Source: Candidatus Moraniibacteriota bacterium (lineage in GTDB: Bacteria; Patescibacteriota; Minisyncoccia; Moranbacterales; UBA1568). From it: 38,235 nucleotides of DNA. Shown here piece after piece: positions 9,569-18,861 of the stretch. The notes beneath the pieces were generated by a model. It saw nothing but the letters and a program-made list of their open reading frames with translations, searched no databases and was not told where the DNA came from. The position numbers were made by a program, and so were the translations under genes. The DNA lies in NCBI GenBank assembly GCA_037139695.1, contig JBAXFX010000003.1:1-38235 (forward strand). Direction: 5' to 3'. How positions within the stretch are numbered: the stretch's first letter is position 1; each line of letters starts with the position of its first letter.

Positions 9569-10666
9569 ATGTCCGACGGATCCGAAATACTGCATGCCGA
9601 ACAACGCGTCAAGAACCTGCTTCTTCTGGTCGGTCAGCAAGGCGCGTCCGATCTTCATCTGGTCGTCGGCCGTTATCCGACACTCCGCATCAACGGGAAA
9701 TTGCACCCGATCACGCAGGAAAAGATTTTGACGCCGGCCGATACGAAAGCACTTTCGGACATTCTACTGAGCGAAGAGGGTAAAGACGAGCTTTTGTCCG
9801 CCGGTCAGACCGACTTCTCGTATAATTTCGAGAATCGGATGCGGTTCCGTACGAACATCTTTTTTCAGAAGGGATTCGTGAGCGTGACGATGCGGTTCGT
9901 CATGGACCATGTCCGCAACCTGGAGGAGCTTAATATCCCGAACTCGCTCTACAATTTCGCGAATTATTCCCAGGGCCTGGTGCTGGTGACGGGACCGGTC
10001 GGACACGGCAAGTCGACCACGCTCGCGGCCATCATCGAGTACATCAATCACAATCAGGAGAAGCACATCGTCACCATCGAGGACCCGATCGAGTTCGTCT
10101 ACACGCAGGACCGATGCATCATCAACCAGCGCGAGGTCGGTCGCGACGCGAAGACGTTCCCGCTCGCCCTGCGGGCCGTGTTCCGCGAGGACGCGAACGT
10201 GGTCATGCTGGCCGAGCTCCGCGACCTCGAGACGATCGCCACTGCGATGACCGCGGCCGAGACGGGGCACCTCATCTTCGCGACGGTGCACACGAACGAT
10301 GCGGCACAGACTATCGACCGTATCATCGACGTCTTCTCGGCGCACCAGCAGAATCAGATTCGTGCGCAATTGGCGAGCGTCCTCCTCGGAGTCATCTCCC
10401 AGCGGCTTATCCCCCGCATGGACGGGGCGGGACGCATCCCGGCCGTGGAGATCATGCTGAAGAACCATGCGGTGGAGAACCTTATCCGCGAGAACAAGAC
10501 GCATCAGATTGACAGTGTCATCGAGACGAGTCTCAAGGAGGGGATGGTCTCGCTTGACCGGTCGCTCGCCGATCTGGTCCGTCGCGGGCTCATCTCGGTG
10601 AACGACGCGCTCACCTACGCGAAGAACCGTCAGTATCTCGAGATGCTTATCGCCAAAGGTGAGTGA
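9569..10666 (+). CDS. pilT: type IV pilus retraction ATPase PilT
   Basis: ASDLHL, GPVGHGKST, TIEDPIEF, NQREVG, AAETGHL and an AIRNLIRE-like AVENLIRE. Confidence 0.95.
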   Translation: MSDGSEILHAEQRVKNLLLLVGQQGASDLHLVVGRYPTLRINGKLHPITQEKILTPADTKALSDILLSEEGKDELLSAGQTDFSYNFENRMRFRTNIFFQKGFVSVTMRFVMDHVRNLEELNIPNSLYNFANYSQGLVLVTGPVGHGKSTTLAAIIEYINHNQEKHIVTIEDPIEFVYTQDRCIINQREVGRDAKTFPLALRAVFREDANVVMLAELRDLETIATAMTAAETGHLIFATVHTNDAAQTIDRIIDVFSAHQQNQIRAQLASVLLGVISQRLIPRMDGAGRIPAVEIMLKNHAVENLIRENKTHQIDSVIETSLKEGMVSLDRSLADLVRRGLISVNDALTYAKNRQYLEMLIAKGE

Positions 10667-10777
10667 TAATGGCGCGGATATCGGCTGCTGCCGGAATTCC
10701 CGAAGAGGGGAACCGATTCCAGACCTCAGTTCACGAGAACGCAGTCAAGATCATAAGAACCGAACAGCAAAAAGAGT

Positions 10778-11989
10778 ATGAAGTTCGCATTCAAGGCAAA
10801 GAGCGTCGAAGGGGTCCTGAAGGAGGGATTTGTCGAGGCGGAAAGTCGCGACGCCGCCAGTCTTCTCTTACAAAAGAACGGGCTTCTTCCGGTCATGGTC
10901 AAGGAAGAATGGGGCGGATCGACAGTCATGAAAAGCCTGTCCAAGATCTGGGAAGGCGTGAACCGGAAGGAACTTGTCGCGTTCTTTCGGCAATTCAGCG
11001 TGCTGATCGAAGCGAAGGTGCCGATCACGACGTCACTTCTGGCGATCGCCGAGGAGACCGATAGCTCGTATTTCCGGATCGTCCTCAAGGAAACGAAGGA
11101 CGATGTCGACGACGGCATGTCTCTTTCGGAAGCGTTCGCGAAGCATCCGGACGTGTTTCCTCCGCTTGCGGTGAATCTTATCCATGCGGGCGAGGTTTCC
11201 GGCGGGCTCCAGCACTCCGTCATCTTCATCGCGGACACGCTCGAGAAGGATTATCAGCTTACGTCGAAGATCAAGGGTGCGCTCTATTATCCGGCGTTCG
11301 TGCTCGGGGCGGCCGTCATCATCGGCTTTCTCGTCGTCACGTTTATCATCCCGAAGATTACGATCGTGCTGAAGGACTTCGGCGGAAATTTGCCGTGGTA
11401 TACGCAGGCAATCATGGCGACGAGTGATTTTCTCTCGGAGTATTGGTGGGTGGTGATTCTGTTGGCCACGGTCATTATCGGTTCCTTTGTTTATTATTTG
11501 CGTACCCCGGACGGTCGTCGCGCGTGGGACGAACAGATATTCTCTATCCCGATCGTAGGGAAGATCGCTCAATATATCTTCATCTCCCGGCTCGCCGAGA
11601 ATCTCGGTATTATGCTTAATGGTGGCATACCGATCATCCGGTCGCTGTCCATCGTGAGCGGTATCGTCGGGAACCAGACGTTCCAGGCGATTATCGTCGA
11701 CGCGATGGAGGAGGTCCGGAAGGGAGGAAGCATGAGCACCGCGTTCTTTCGTGCCAAGCAGATCCCACACCTCGTCTCGCAGATGGTGAAGATCGGGGAG
11801 GAGAGCGGTTCGATATCCGCCATCCTCCGTAACATCGCCGCCTTTTATACACAGGAGGTGGACGGTATGACCCGGAACTTGACATCCCTGCTCGAACCGA
11901 TCCTCATAGTCTTTCTTGGTATAGGTGTCGCGATTTTAGTTGTGGGAATCCTGCTTCCGATATATAATGTGGTTGGGAACTTCTCGTGA
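10778..11989 (+). CDS. pilC: type IV pilus platform protein PilC (T2SS F family)
   Basis: Two T2SSF domains (GEVSG, GEESG), YPAFVL TM and LEPILIV terminal TM. Confidence 0.95.
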   Translation: MKFAFKAKSVEGVLKEGFVEAESRDAASLLLQKNGLLPVMVKEEWGGSTVMKSLSKIWEGVNRKELVAFFRQFSVLIEAKVPITTSLLAIAEETDSSYFRIVLKETKDDVDDGMSLSEAFAKHPDVFPPLAVNLIHAGEVSGGLQHSVIFIADTLEKDYQLTSKIKGALYYPAFVLGAAVIIGFLVVTFIIPKITIVLKDFGGNLPWYTQAIMATSDFLSEYWWVVILLATVIIGSFVYYLRTPDGRRAWDEQIFSIPIVGKIAQYIFISRLAENLGIMLNGGIPIIRSLSIVSGIVGNQTFQAIIVDAMEEVRKGGSMSTAFFRAKQIPHLVSQMVKIGEESGSISAILRNIAAFYTQEVDGMTRNLTSLLEPILIVFLGIGVAILVVGILLPIYNVVGNFS

Positions 11990-12054
11990 TTGTGGCACCT
12001 GGTTCCTCGCAATAAATAAAAGAATATGAACATAGGGAAAGGGGGTGACAACAC

Positions 12055-12456
12055 ATGAAAAAAATGAAAAAGGGTTTCACCCTGATCGAACTCCTCATCG
12101 TCATCGCGATTATCGGCATTCTCGCCTCGATCGTCCTCGTGAGCCTCTCGAGTGCTCGTGATAAGGCGAAGGTCGCGTCGTTCAAGGCGCAGGTCCATTC
12201 GATGCAGTCTGCGGCCATAATCTCGTGCGATTCCGCGGCATTCACCAATGCTAATATCGCGAACCCGGCCTCGGGGTCCTATATCGGTTCAGCCAATGCC
12301 GTCTCGAACAATTGTGGGCCGGCTGGTGCTGGTACGTTCCAGATTAACATCGTCGCGACGAACATTGCCAACGGTACCGGTGCAGTCGGCTTGGGTTGCG
12401 TGAATACTCCTACCGTAGTTAATGAAACTGGCGTGACATTCCCGTCGAATTGCTAA
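12055..12456 (+). CDS. type IV major pilin, copy 1
   Basis: Class III signal KKG|FTLIELLIVIAIIGILASIV; four Cys, ending in a C-terminal Cys. Confidence 0.93.
   Translation: MKKMKKGFTLIELLIVIAIIGILASIVLVSLSSARDKAKVASFKAQVHSMQSAAIISCDSAAFTNANIANPASGSYIGSANAVSNNCGPAGAGTFQINIVATNIANGTGAVGLGCVNTPTVVNETGVTFPSNC
12070..12406 (+). repeat. 337-bp direct repeat, identical to 13322-13658
   Basis: Base-by-base identity from AAGGGTTTCACC to GGTTGCGTGAATA at an offset of 1252 bp. Confidence 0.9.
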
Positions 12457-12537
12457 TCGCTAGGCGATGTCGAAAAAGGTGCATTTCTCTGGAAAATAGT
12501 ACGGACGATCGTTTATCGTCTGGTGTTGTTTCTGGGG

Positions 12538-12574
12538 AAGAAAAACAGGGAACAGATCCCTGTTTTTCTTTTTC
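12538..12574 (+). terminator. intrinsic terminator after pilin 1 (possibly bidirectional)
   Basis: AAGAAAAACAGGGA-acaga-TCCCTGTTTTTCTT followed by a T tract. Confidence 0.8.
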
Positions 12575-12667
12575 ATCCGATGTGGTTATCCGAAGCCGGT
12601 TTTGTGTCATCGGAAATTATGGTTTTTTTCAAAATCGAGGTATACTTTCAGAGGGAAGAGGAAGAGA

Positions 12668-13207
12668 ATGAAAAGTATGAATATGAAAGATTTCGGTTTC
12701 TCGAGAGTGCAGGAAGGTTCTTGCGTATCTGCGGAATCCGTTCTCGTTTGGCATTTCCCGAACGCGACTATCCTGTTCGGATTTATCATATCTGCAGTCG
12801 GCTTTTTTACGGTATCTTTTTCGTATCCGACTTCGGCCTCCGCGATGGTTTCGTTTTCCAGTCATCCGGTGTCCGTCTGGCAGGATGATGCCTTACAAAG
12901 AGTTCCTAATCGGATGGATACTGTCACGGTGACCGACGATGGACAGTCGTTTTCTCAGATATTTTCCCGAAATGCCGCGTGTGGGGAGAAGCACACCGTC
13001 TTGGAACCCGATGAAGAAGGGTCGGAGAACATCTGGATGAAGAAACGGAAGGACGCTATTGTCGAGAAAACCGCCTATTATCGTTTTTCCTCGTCTGTCC
13101 CGATGCCGGACAAGTTCATATGCGTTTCTGGAGGGGACGGTTGTGCGGTTGACTGCTCGTACGAGTCGGCTGATCGGAGGCTGGCGACTGTCCGGATTCG
13201 TGATTGA
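12668..13207 (+). CDS. hypothetical membrane-anchored or secreted protein
   Basis: Hydrophobic segment ILFGFIISAVGFFTVSF followed by ASA; Cys-containing C-terminus; start uncertain. Confidence 0.5.
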   Translation: MKSMNMKDFGFSRVQEGSCVSAESVLVWHFPNATILFGFIISAVGFFTVSFSYPTSASAMVSFSSHPVSVWQDDALQRVPNRMDTVTVTDDGQSFSQIFSRNAACGEKHTVLEPDEEGSENIWMKKRKDAIVEKTAYYRFSSSVPMPDKFICVSGGDGCAVDCSYESADRRLATVRIRD

Positions 13208-13300
13208 CCAGACTCCTGTTTATGCTCGTTTTAGTTTTATGGTAGAATAGTCATGGAGTATAACCGTTCAGTCGGTACACATCCATAATGAAAAAATAAT

Positions 13301-13708
13301 ATGAAAAAGCCAGTTTTAGCGAAGGGTTTCACCCTGATCGAACTCCTCATCGTCATCGCGATTATCGGCATTCTCGCCTCGATCGTCCTCGTGAGCCTCT
13401 CGAGTGCTCGTGATAAGGCGAAGGTCGCGTCGTTCAAGGCGCAGGTCCATTCGATGCAGTCTGCGGCCATAATCTCGTGCGATTCCGCGGCATTCACCAA
13501 TGCTAATATCGCGAACCCGGCCTCGGGGTCCTATATCGGTTCAGCCAATGCCGTCTCGAACAATTGTGGGCCGGCTGGTGCTGGTACGTTCCAGATTAAC
13601 ATCGTCGCGACGAACATTGCCAACGGTACCGGTGCAGTCGGCTTGGGTTGCGTGAATAATGTTACCACAGTGAACCAGACCGGCGTGACATTTCCGGCGA
13701 ACTGTTAG
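13301..13708 (+). CDS. type IV major pilin, copy 2
   Basis: AKG|FTLIELLIVIAIIG; identical to copy 1 except the leader and the last ~16 aa; own extended -10 TGGTAGAAT at 13240-13248. Confidence 0.93.
   Translation: MKKPVLAKGFTLIELLIVIAIIGILASIVLVSLSSARDKAKVASFKAQVHSMQSAAIISCDSAAFTNANIANPASGSYIGSANAVSNNCGPAGAGTFQINIVATNIANGTGAVGLGCVNNVTTVNQTGVTFPANC
13322..13658 (+). repeat. 337-bp direct repeat, identical to 12070-12406
   Basis: Direct sequence comparison. Confidence 0.9.
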
Positions 13709-13779
13709 TCGTTGAGCGACCTGGCGAAATCATATTTATACGGAAAACGGTAAATGTGATGGTTTGGTGCTGTTTTTAG

Positions 13780-13817
13780 AAAAGAAAAACAGGGATCAAT
13801 TCCCTGTTTTTCTTTTT
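13780..13817 (+). terminator. intrinsic terminator after pilin 2, paralog of 12538-12574
   Basis: AAAAGAAAAACAGGGA-tcaat-TCCCTGTTTTTCTTTT; the following CATCCGATGTGGyTATCCGAAGCCGGTTT is also duplicated. Confidence 0.8.
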
Positions 13818-14242
13818 CATCCGATGTGGCTATCCGAAGCCGGTTTCCAGTATTTGTGGATTTCTTTCAAAATCATACCATACAGAATTATCGGATCATA
13901 CGGTTGGAGGGTTCTGACTGAAGGAGATCCTATCTGAAATATCGGTTCGGTCTTCTGTTCCCCTTATCCGCACAATGTTTCACCTGTCCGCAGCACTTAT
14001 AGCGAGGCCTGCCCTCTCCAAAAGACAAGGGTGGAAGTGTGCGGATTGGAGAATGTTTCCTCCTGCGAACTCCAGTGCTTTTGGAAAGTGCTCTTTCTTC
14101 GCCGAATCGTCGCGGGCTATTCTTATACCAAATTTCGTATGATCCGAATCAGCTGAAGCACTGCGATACCAGGAAGAGGCTGGACCTTATGTGGAAGTCT
14201 GCCCCCTAGACGCTCTCTATCACAAATGAAACTGATGTGATA

Positions 14243-15778
14243 TCAGGACGTTTTCTTCGTGCTGCTGGTTTTCCGGGTTTGTTCCTCAGTCGAGGGTATC
14301 CGTTTGGCGACCAGGAGGAAATTGAAGGCGAAGAGTGTCGGATACGTTTTCGCGAGGAGAGTGCCGATGCGGTCGACGAATTTCAGGAAGGGTGAGTTTC
14401 CGATTCCATCGGCGATCGGCGGTCCGAAACCGCGGATGTCGGTCACGGAAAATCCGCCGTTCTCAAGTAGTCTCCGGAACGATGAAACGGTGAAGAGTCG
14501 GTGATGCGTCCGGTCGAGAATTCCTTTTTTCCCGTAGTTGAACCACCCAAAGAGGTGCGTGAGGCGCATGATGATATAGCCGATATTCGCCGTCGAGGCA
14601 TACAGCGTCCCTTCGGGCTTCAGAATCCGGTGAAGACGCTCGATAGTCTCTTCCGGCGAGAAGAGGTGCTCGATCACGTCGAGGGCGATCACTGTATCAA
14701 AGGAGTCCTTTCCGAAGGTCTCGTCAAACTTTCCGTTGAGGTCTTTCCTGACGGTACGGATCCCCGAAATGTCTCCCAGATCGTTCTGATCCGTCGCGGT
14801 GACCGTCGGGCCCAGTTCGGCGATTCTACGCGCGAGTTGCCCATCGTTTGCCCCGAAATCGAGTACCGTGTCGCCTTTTTTCCACGGAAGTCCGAGAATA
14901 TGCGCATGAAGCGAGGTTGGGGCTTCTTTGAGCCGGTAGGTACGCGCGCCGTTGCCGGGAAATTCGAAATTCGGTTGGAAGAACAGGCCTGACTGATGCA
15001 GCCTGGCCTTCGTGACCGACTTGATGCAGTTCCAGGCATATCGTATCCCGTTCACGTGGCACTTCTCGGTTCCGTAATGGGTCGGCATCGGTATCTCGAT
15101 GACCCGGTTTCCGTTCAGGACAAGCTGTATGATGATGTCGGTGTCGAAGTGGAAGTCGTTGCTATTGAGGTGAAAAGGAATCTTTTGAAGCGCTTCGGTT
15201 CGGTAGGAACGATACCCACTGTGGAATTCGCTGAGGCTGGTCCCGAGGATCTGGTTTTCGATCGCGGTGAGCACCTGATTTCCGACCCATTTATATGGAG
15301 GCATTCCTCCCCGTAGGGCATCCGAGCGCGTAAGCATTCGCGACCCGAAGACGGCATCCGTTTCCTGGTCGGCGTATTTCGCGACGATGTCGGGAATATG
15401 TTCCGGCGGATACTGTCCGTCCCCGTGCAACAAAATGACGATGTCGTATCCATGATCGATGGCGTACGTGTAGCCGATTTTCTGGTTTCCGCCGTAGCCC
15501 TGGTTTCCCGGTGTTTTCATAACCGAGAGATTTTTCAGACCGAGGTCGGTGCCTGTCTGAAGGGCGATCTGGACGGTGTCGTCTGTTGACGAATCGTCGA
15601 TCACGAAGATCTCGGAAAAGAGGGGTCGGCACCAGTCGGGAACCCGTTTCAGGGTTTTTTCGATGTGATTTTCGGCATTGTAGGCCACGACGAACAGAGC
15701 TACTTCCTTTTCTAAAAAGACTGATTTCGCGGTTTCAGACGGTATCCGATCAGGGTGTTTTCTCGTTTGGCGTTTCAT
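14243..15778 (-). CDS. bifunctional GT2 glycosyltransferase (DPM1-like) / class I SAM-dependent methyltransferase
   Basis: N-terminal VVAYNAE, IDDSSTD, NQGYGGNQK, LHGDGQY and EFHSGYR; C-terminal VLDFGANDG, FDTVIALDVIEH and LDRTH; start 15778 or 15817. Confidence 0.9.
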   Translation of the reverse strand: MKRQTRKHPDRIPSETAKSVFLEKEVALFVVAYNAENHIEKTLKRVPDWCRPLFSEIFVIDDSSTDDTVQIALQTGTDLGLKNLSVMKTPGNQGYGGNQKIGYTYAIDHGYDIVILLHGDGQYPPEHIPDIVAKYADQETDAVFGSRMLTRSDALRGGMPPYKWVGNQVLTAIENQILGTSLSEFHSGYRSYRTEALQKIPFHLNSNDFHFDTDIIIQLVLNGNRVIEIPMPTHYGTEKCHVNGIRYAWNCIKSVTKARLHQSGLFFQPNFEFPGNGARTYRLKEAPTSLHAHILGLPWKKGDTVLDFGANDGQLARRIAELGPTVTATDQNDLGDISGIRTVRKDLNGKFDETFGKDSFDTVIALDVIEHLFSPEETIERLHRILKPEGTLYASTANIGYIIMRLTHLFGWFNYGKKGILDRTHHRLFTVSSFRRLLENGGFSVTDIRGFGPPIADGIGNSPFLKFVDRIGTLLAKTYPTLFAFNFLLVAKRIPSTEEQTRKTSSTKKTS

Positions 15779-15823
15779 AGTATACTGGCTCAGAGGGTAA
15801 TCACATACTTGGTTCATGTATTT

Positions 15824-17557
15824 ATGATGACATATCGTCGATTTCTTGAAAAGACGAGGTCCGTTTCCGAAATAGGGATTTCATTCGTAAAGAGACATCC
15901 TTTTTTGCAGGTCGGACTCGTCTTTTTCTTTTTCGCCCTATTGTTCGTGGTTTCGTATATGACCATCGATAAGGTGTATTCTTTAGACGATCACTTTTTT
16001 CATATCCGTTTCGCGGCGACGATCGCCGAAAAGGGATGGGGTGCGTTTTCGGATTTTCAATCGATCTATTTTTCCAAGATGGGGATCGGACATGAATATC
16101 TCGTGTACTATAATTTTCTGTTCTACCTCGTACTCATCCCATTCTCATTCTTGGACCCGCTCGCCCTCGGAATCAAATGGTATAGCGTTTTCGCCCTCTC
16201 GGTCTCATTTACCGTCACATATTGGTTCCTGAAGAAGGCTGCCGTACGGTACCCGTTTCTGTGGGTGCTTATCTTTTATGTCGTTTTGGCACAGTCCGGG
16301 TGGCTGGTTCGATTTACTTTGGCACGTCCATTCACCTTGGCTCCGGTGTTTCTGATAGGGATGCTCTACGCGATTCATACTAGGAAATATGGGATTTCCG
16401 CATTGGTCGCTTTCTTTTATTTCTTCTGGCATACGGCAACGTTTATATTCCCGCTGTGTCTTGCAATCGGATACGTCGTGTTTGAGCTCTTTTACGGGAA
16501 GAAATTTGATGGAAAGAAGATCCTGCTACCGTTCCTTGGGACGGCGGTTGCGGTGCTTCTGGCATACGGCATCTCTCCCGGTGTGATCAGCTATCTGCGA
16601 GACGTCATTTTCCCGGTCTTTTTTGATTCGGCATTGAGAAAGGACTCCGGTATCGTGGAGGGGAACGAGGTGTACGGAAAAGATTTTTTCGATATCTTGA
16701 AATCTTTTTACGGTTTCCTGTCGGCGTTGTTCGTGTTTGGGTCTTATGAGATCCTTCTGTACATCAGGATGAAGCGCGGTATCCAAACCGAGGAAGAGCG
16801 AATCAGCCCAGATATCCAACCGCTCCGTTCGATGCTATTTATGGCGTCGATCGCATTTTTGGCCGCGTCGACCTTGAGCGCGCGGTTCGTCGATTACTTC
16901 GTTTATTTTTGTCTCCTGTATATCGCAATCGTCGGGACGGATATATTGCGGTTCGTCGTGATACGTGGTGAGGTGTTTCGGAAGGCGGCCGGAATCGGAT
17001 TCCTGATCGTCTCACTCTATCTGTTCGTCAGCCTTACGCTAGATTTTTCGACGGGACTTGCCAGATCTCAGTCATATCTGACGGCTCAGGGACCGGCTGA
17101 GTGGCTGAATAAGAACGTAGAGCCTGGGAAAATAATTTTCAATTCGAGTTGGGGTTCATTTCCAACCCTCTATTATTTTACAGGGGATCGATTTCGTTAT
17201 ATCAACGGACTTGAGCCACGTTTCCTGTATGATCTGAGCCCGCGTCTCTATTGGATATGGAACCATATCGGGAGTGACGGGGCATACTGCGTCGAACAGG
17301 CCTGTCCGGAAGCCGTGGACCGTAAGCAATCGGATTTCAATGCGGGGGAAACGGGAAAACAGGCCTGGTATACGGACCAAGGGAGTCGTATCGCTGACTC
17401 TGTCCTGACGGATTTCTCGTCCGACATCGTGGTGGTCTCCCTTGACCAACAAAACCTATTGGATGTGATGGACCATTCGAGTCGTTTCAAAAGAGAATTC
17501 CTTGATAGGGAAAACAGTGCATACGGAGTGTATCGTGTCCTTCCGAAAGCGCGATGA
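15824..17557 (+). CDS. multi-pass membrane protein, GT-C fold glycosyltransferase-like
   Basis: About 11-13 hydrophobic segments, acidic DDHFFH motif after TM1, and a soluble C-terminal domain (AEWLNKN..IIFNSSWGSF); adjacent to the GT2 gene. Confidence 0.7.
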   Translation: MMTYRRFLEKTRSVSEIGISFVKRHPFLQVGLVFFFFALLFVVSYMTIDKVYSLDDHFFHIRFAATIAEKGWGAFSDFQSIYFSKMGIGHEYLVYYNFLFYLVLIPFSFLDPLALGIKWYSVFALSVSFTVTYWFLKKAAVRYPFLWVLIFYVVLAQSGWLVRFTLARPFTLAPVFLIGMLYAIHTRKYGISALVAFFYFFWHTATFIFPLCLAIGYVVFELFYGKKFDGKKILLPFLGTAVAVLLAYGISPGVISYLRDVIFPVFFDSALRKDSGIVEGNEVYGKDFFDILKSFYGFLSALFVFGSYEILLYIRMKRGIQTEEERISPDIQPLRSMLFMASIAFLAASTLSARFVDYFVYFCLLYIAIVGTDILRFVVIRGEVFRKAAGIGFLIVSLYLFVSLTLDFSTGLARSQSYLTAQGPAEWLNKNVEPGKIIFNSSWGSFPTLYYFTGDRFRYINGLEPRFLYDLSPRLYWIWNHIGSDGAYCVEQACPEAVDRKQSDFNAGETGKQAWYTDQGSRIADSVLTDFSSDIVVVSLDQQNLLDVMDHSSRFKREFLDRENSAYGVYRVLPKAR

Positions 17558-17614
17558 CGATTTTCGCAATCGTTCCAGTCGTGCTATGATATACGAAAAT
17601 AAAATCAATCATCT

Positions 17615-18013
17615 ATGAACGCCAAGTGTTCCATTCGCGGTTTCACCCTTATCGAACTCCTCATCGTCATTGCGATTATCGGTATTCTTGCCACAATCGT
17701 TCTCGTGAGTCTTTCGAGCGCAAGGGAAAGGACAAAGATCGTCGCGTTTAAGCAACAGGTGAATTCGCTCAAGACGGCGATTGTCGACCTATGTGATTCA
17801 AAACCACTGCCGGATGCCACTACTATCATCTCGAGCTTGAGAGGAGGCGTCTTGCCGGATGGAATTACGTTTACGAGTTCCGATATCGTGACCGCGAGTT
17901 GCGGACAGTCTGGGACTCAGGTATTCAAAATAAATATTCATTCGACGGCTCTGGCAACTCCATGCACCGGGACGGTCGAACAAACCGGTGTTACGAGTTG
18001 GGGCGGTTGCTAG
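17615..18013 (+). CDS. type IV pilin, third diverged paralog
   Basis: IRG|FTLIELLIVIAIIGILATIV; same four-Cys layout and TGVT..C terminus as pilins 1 and 2. Confidence 0.92.
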   Translation: MNAKCSIRGFTLIELLIVIAIIGILATIVLVSLSSARERTKIVAFKQQVNSLKTAIVDLCDSKPLPDATTIISSLRGGVLPDGITFTSSDIVTASCGQSGTQVFKINIHSTALATPCTGTVEQTGVTSWGGC

Positions 18014-18061
18014 CGACCGTCCCCCGTTCTTTTTTGGAGGAAACCTTTCAGTCTTACTTTT

Positions 18062-18856
18062 ATGGCGTTTCTTTTTTTCATTTCCGGGCTTCTTGTGGGA
18101 AGTTTTCTCAATGTCGTCATTTTCCGGTTCGATACCGGAGAGACGGTGGTTTCGGGGCGGTCGCGATGCAATACGTGCAAGAAAACGATTGCCTGGTACG
18201 ACAATATCCCGTTGCTTTCGTTCTTTCTGCTTCGGGGGCGCTGTCGAAAATGCCGGGAAAGGATCTCTTGGCAGTATCCGGCGGTCGAGGTCGCGACTGC
18301 CTTCCTGTTCGCCTGTGCCGGACAGTCCTTCTTCATTTTCGGAAGCGCCGAGTCGGTGATTGAAACAGTGTTCGCTCTTGGGCTCATCGCGGCGTTGATT
18401 ATCGTTTTCACGTACGATGTCTTGTATATGGAAATTCCCGTCTCGGCGCTCGTCTTTGGGGCGGTGTGGACACTTTTGTCGCTGTTCCTTCTCTGGTTTC
18501 TTCCATCCCCGCGGGAGGCGTTTCTCGATTCTCGGCTGGCAGCGGGATTGATCGGCGGATTGGTCGCCTTCGCGCTCTTTTATGCGCTCGTCTTTTTTTC
18601 CGGAGAGACCTGGATGGGGGAGGGGGACGCATGGCTTGCGCTCTTGCTTGGGCTGGTGGTCGGATGGAAACTCCTCCTTCCGACCCTTACCCTTGCGTTT
18701 GGGTCGGGTGCGCTTGTCGGAATCGCACTCATGCTGCTTCGGAAGAAAGACCTGCAAAGCCGGATGCCGTTCGGTCCCTTCTTGGCGGCGAGCGTGATTT
18801 TTATGCTGTTCTTTGGTACAATGGTCGGGGAGGCCTTCGGATTTTTTACGGTATAG
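18062..18856 (+). CDS. pilD: prepilin peptidase / N-methyltransferase
   Basis: GSFLNVVIFR, RSRCxxC, DNIPLLSF, RGRCRKC, catalytic Asp in YD and MGEGD, and PFGPFL. Confidence 0.95.
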   Translation: MAFLFFISGLLVGSFLNVVIFRFDTGETVVSGRSRCNTCKKTIAWYDNIPLLSFFLLRGRCRKCRERISWQYPAVEVATAFLFACAGQSFFIFGSAESVIETVFALGLIAALIIVFTYDVLYMEIPVSALVFGAVWTLLSLFLLWFLPSPREAFLDSRLAAGLIGGLVAFALFYALVFFSGETWMGEGDAWLALLLGLVVGWKLLLPTLTLAFGSGALVGIALMLLRKKDLQSRMPFGPFLAASVIFMLFFGTMVGEAFGFFTV

Positions 18857-18861
18857 CGGAT

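Noticed and set aside
12055-13708. Diversity-generating retroelement TR/VR pair in the pilins
   Set aside because: Differences are not confined to adenines, many are synonymous third-position changes, and no reverse transcriptase is present.
18466-18861. N-terminal extensions in the ORF track (18466, 19886, 26426, 31760, 4634 starts)
   Set aside because: They overlap neighbouring genes or promoter regions; family motifs begin at downstream ATGs.
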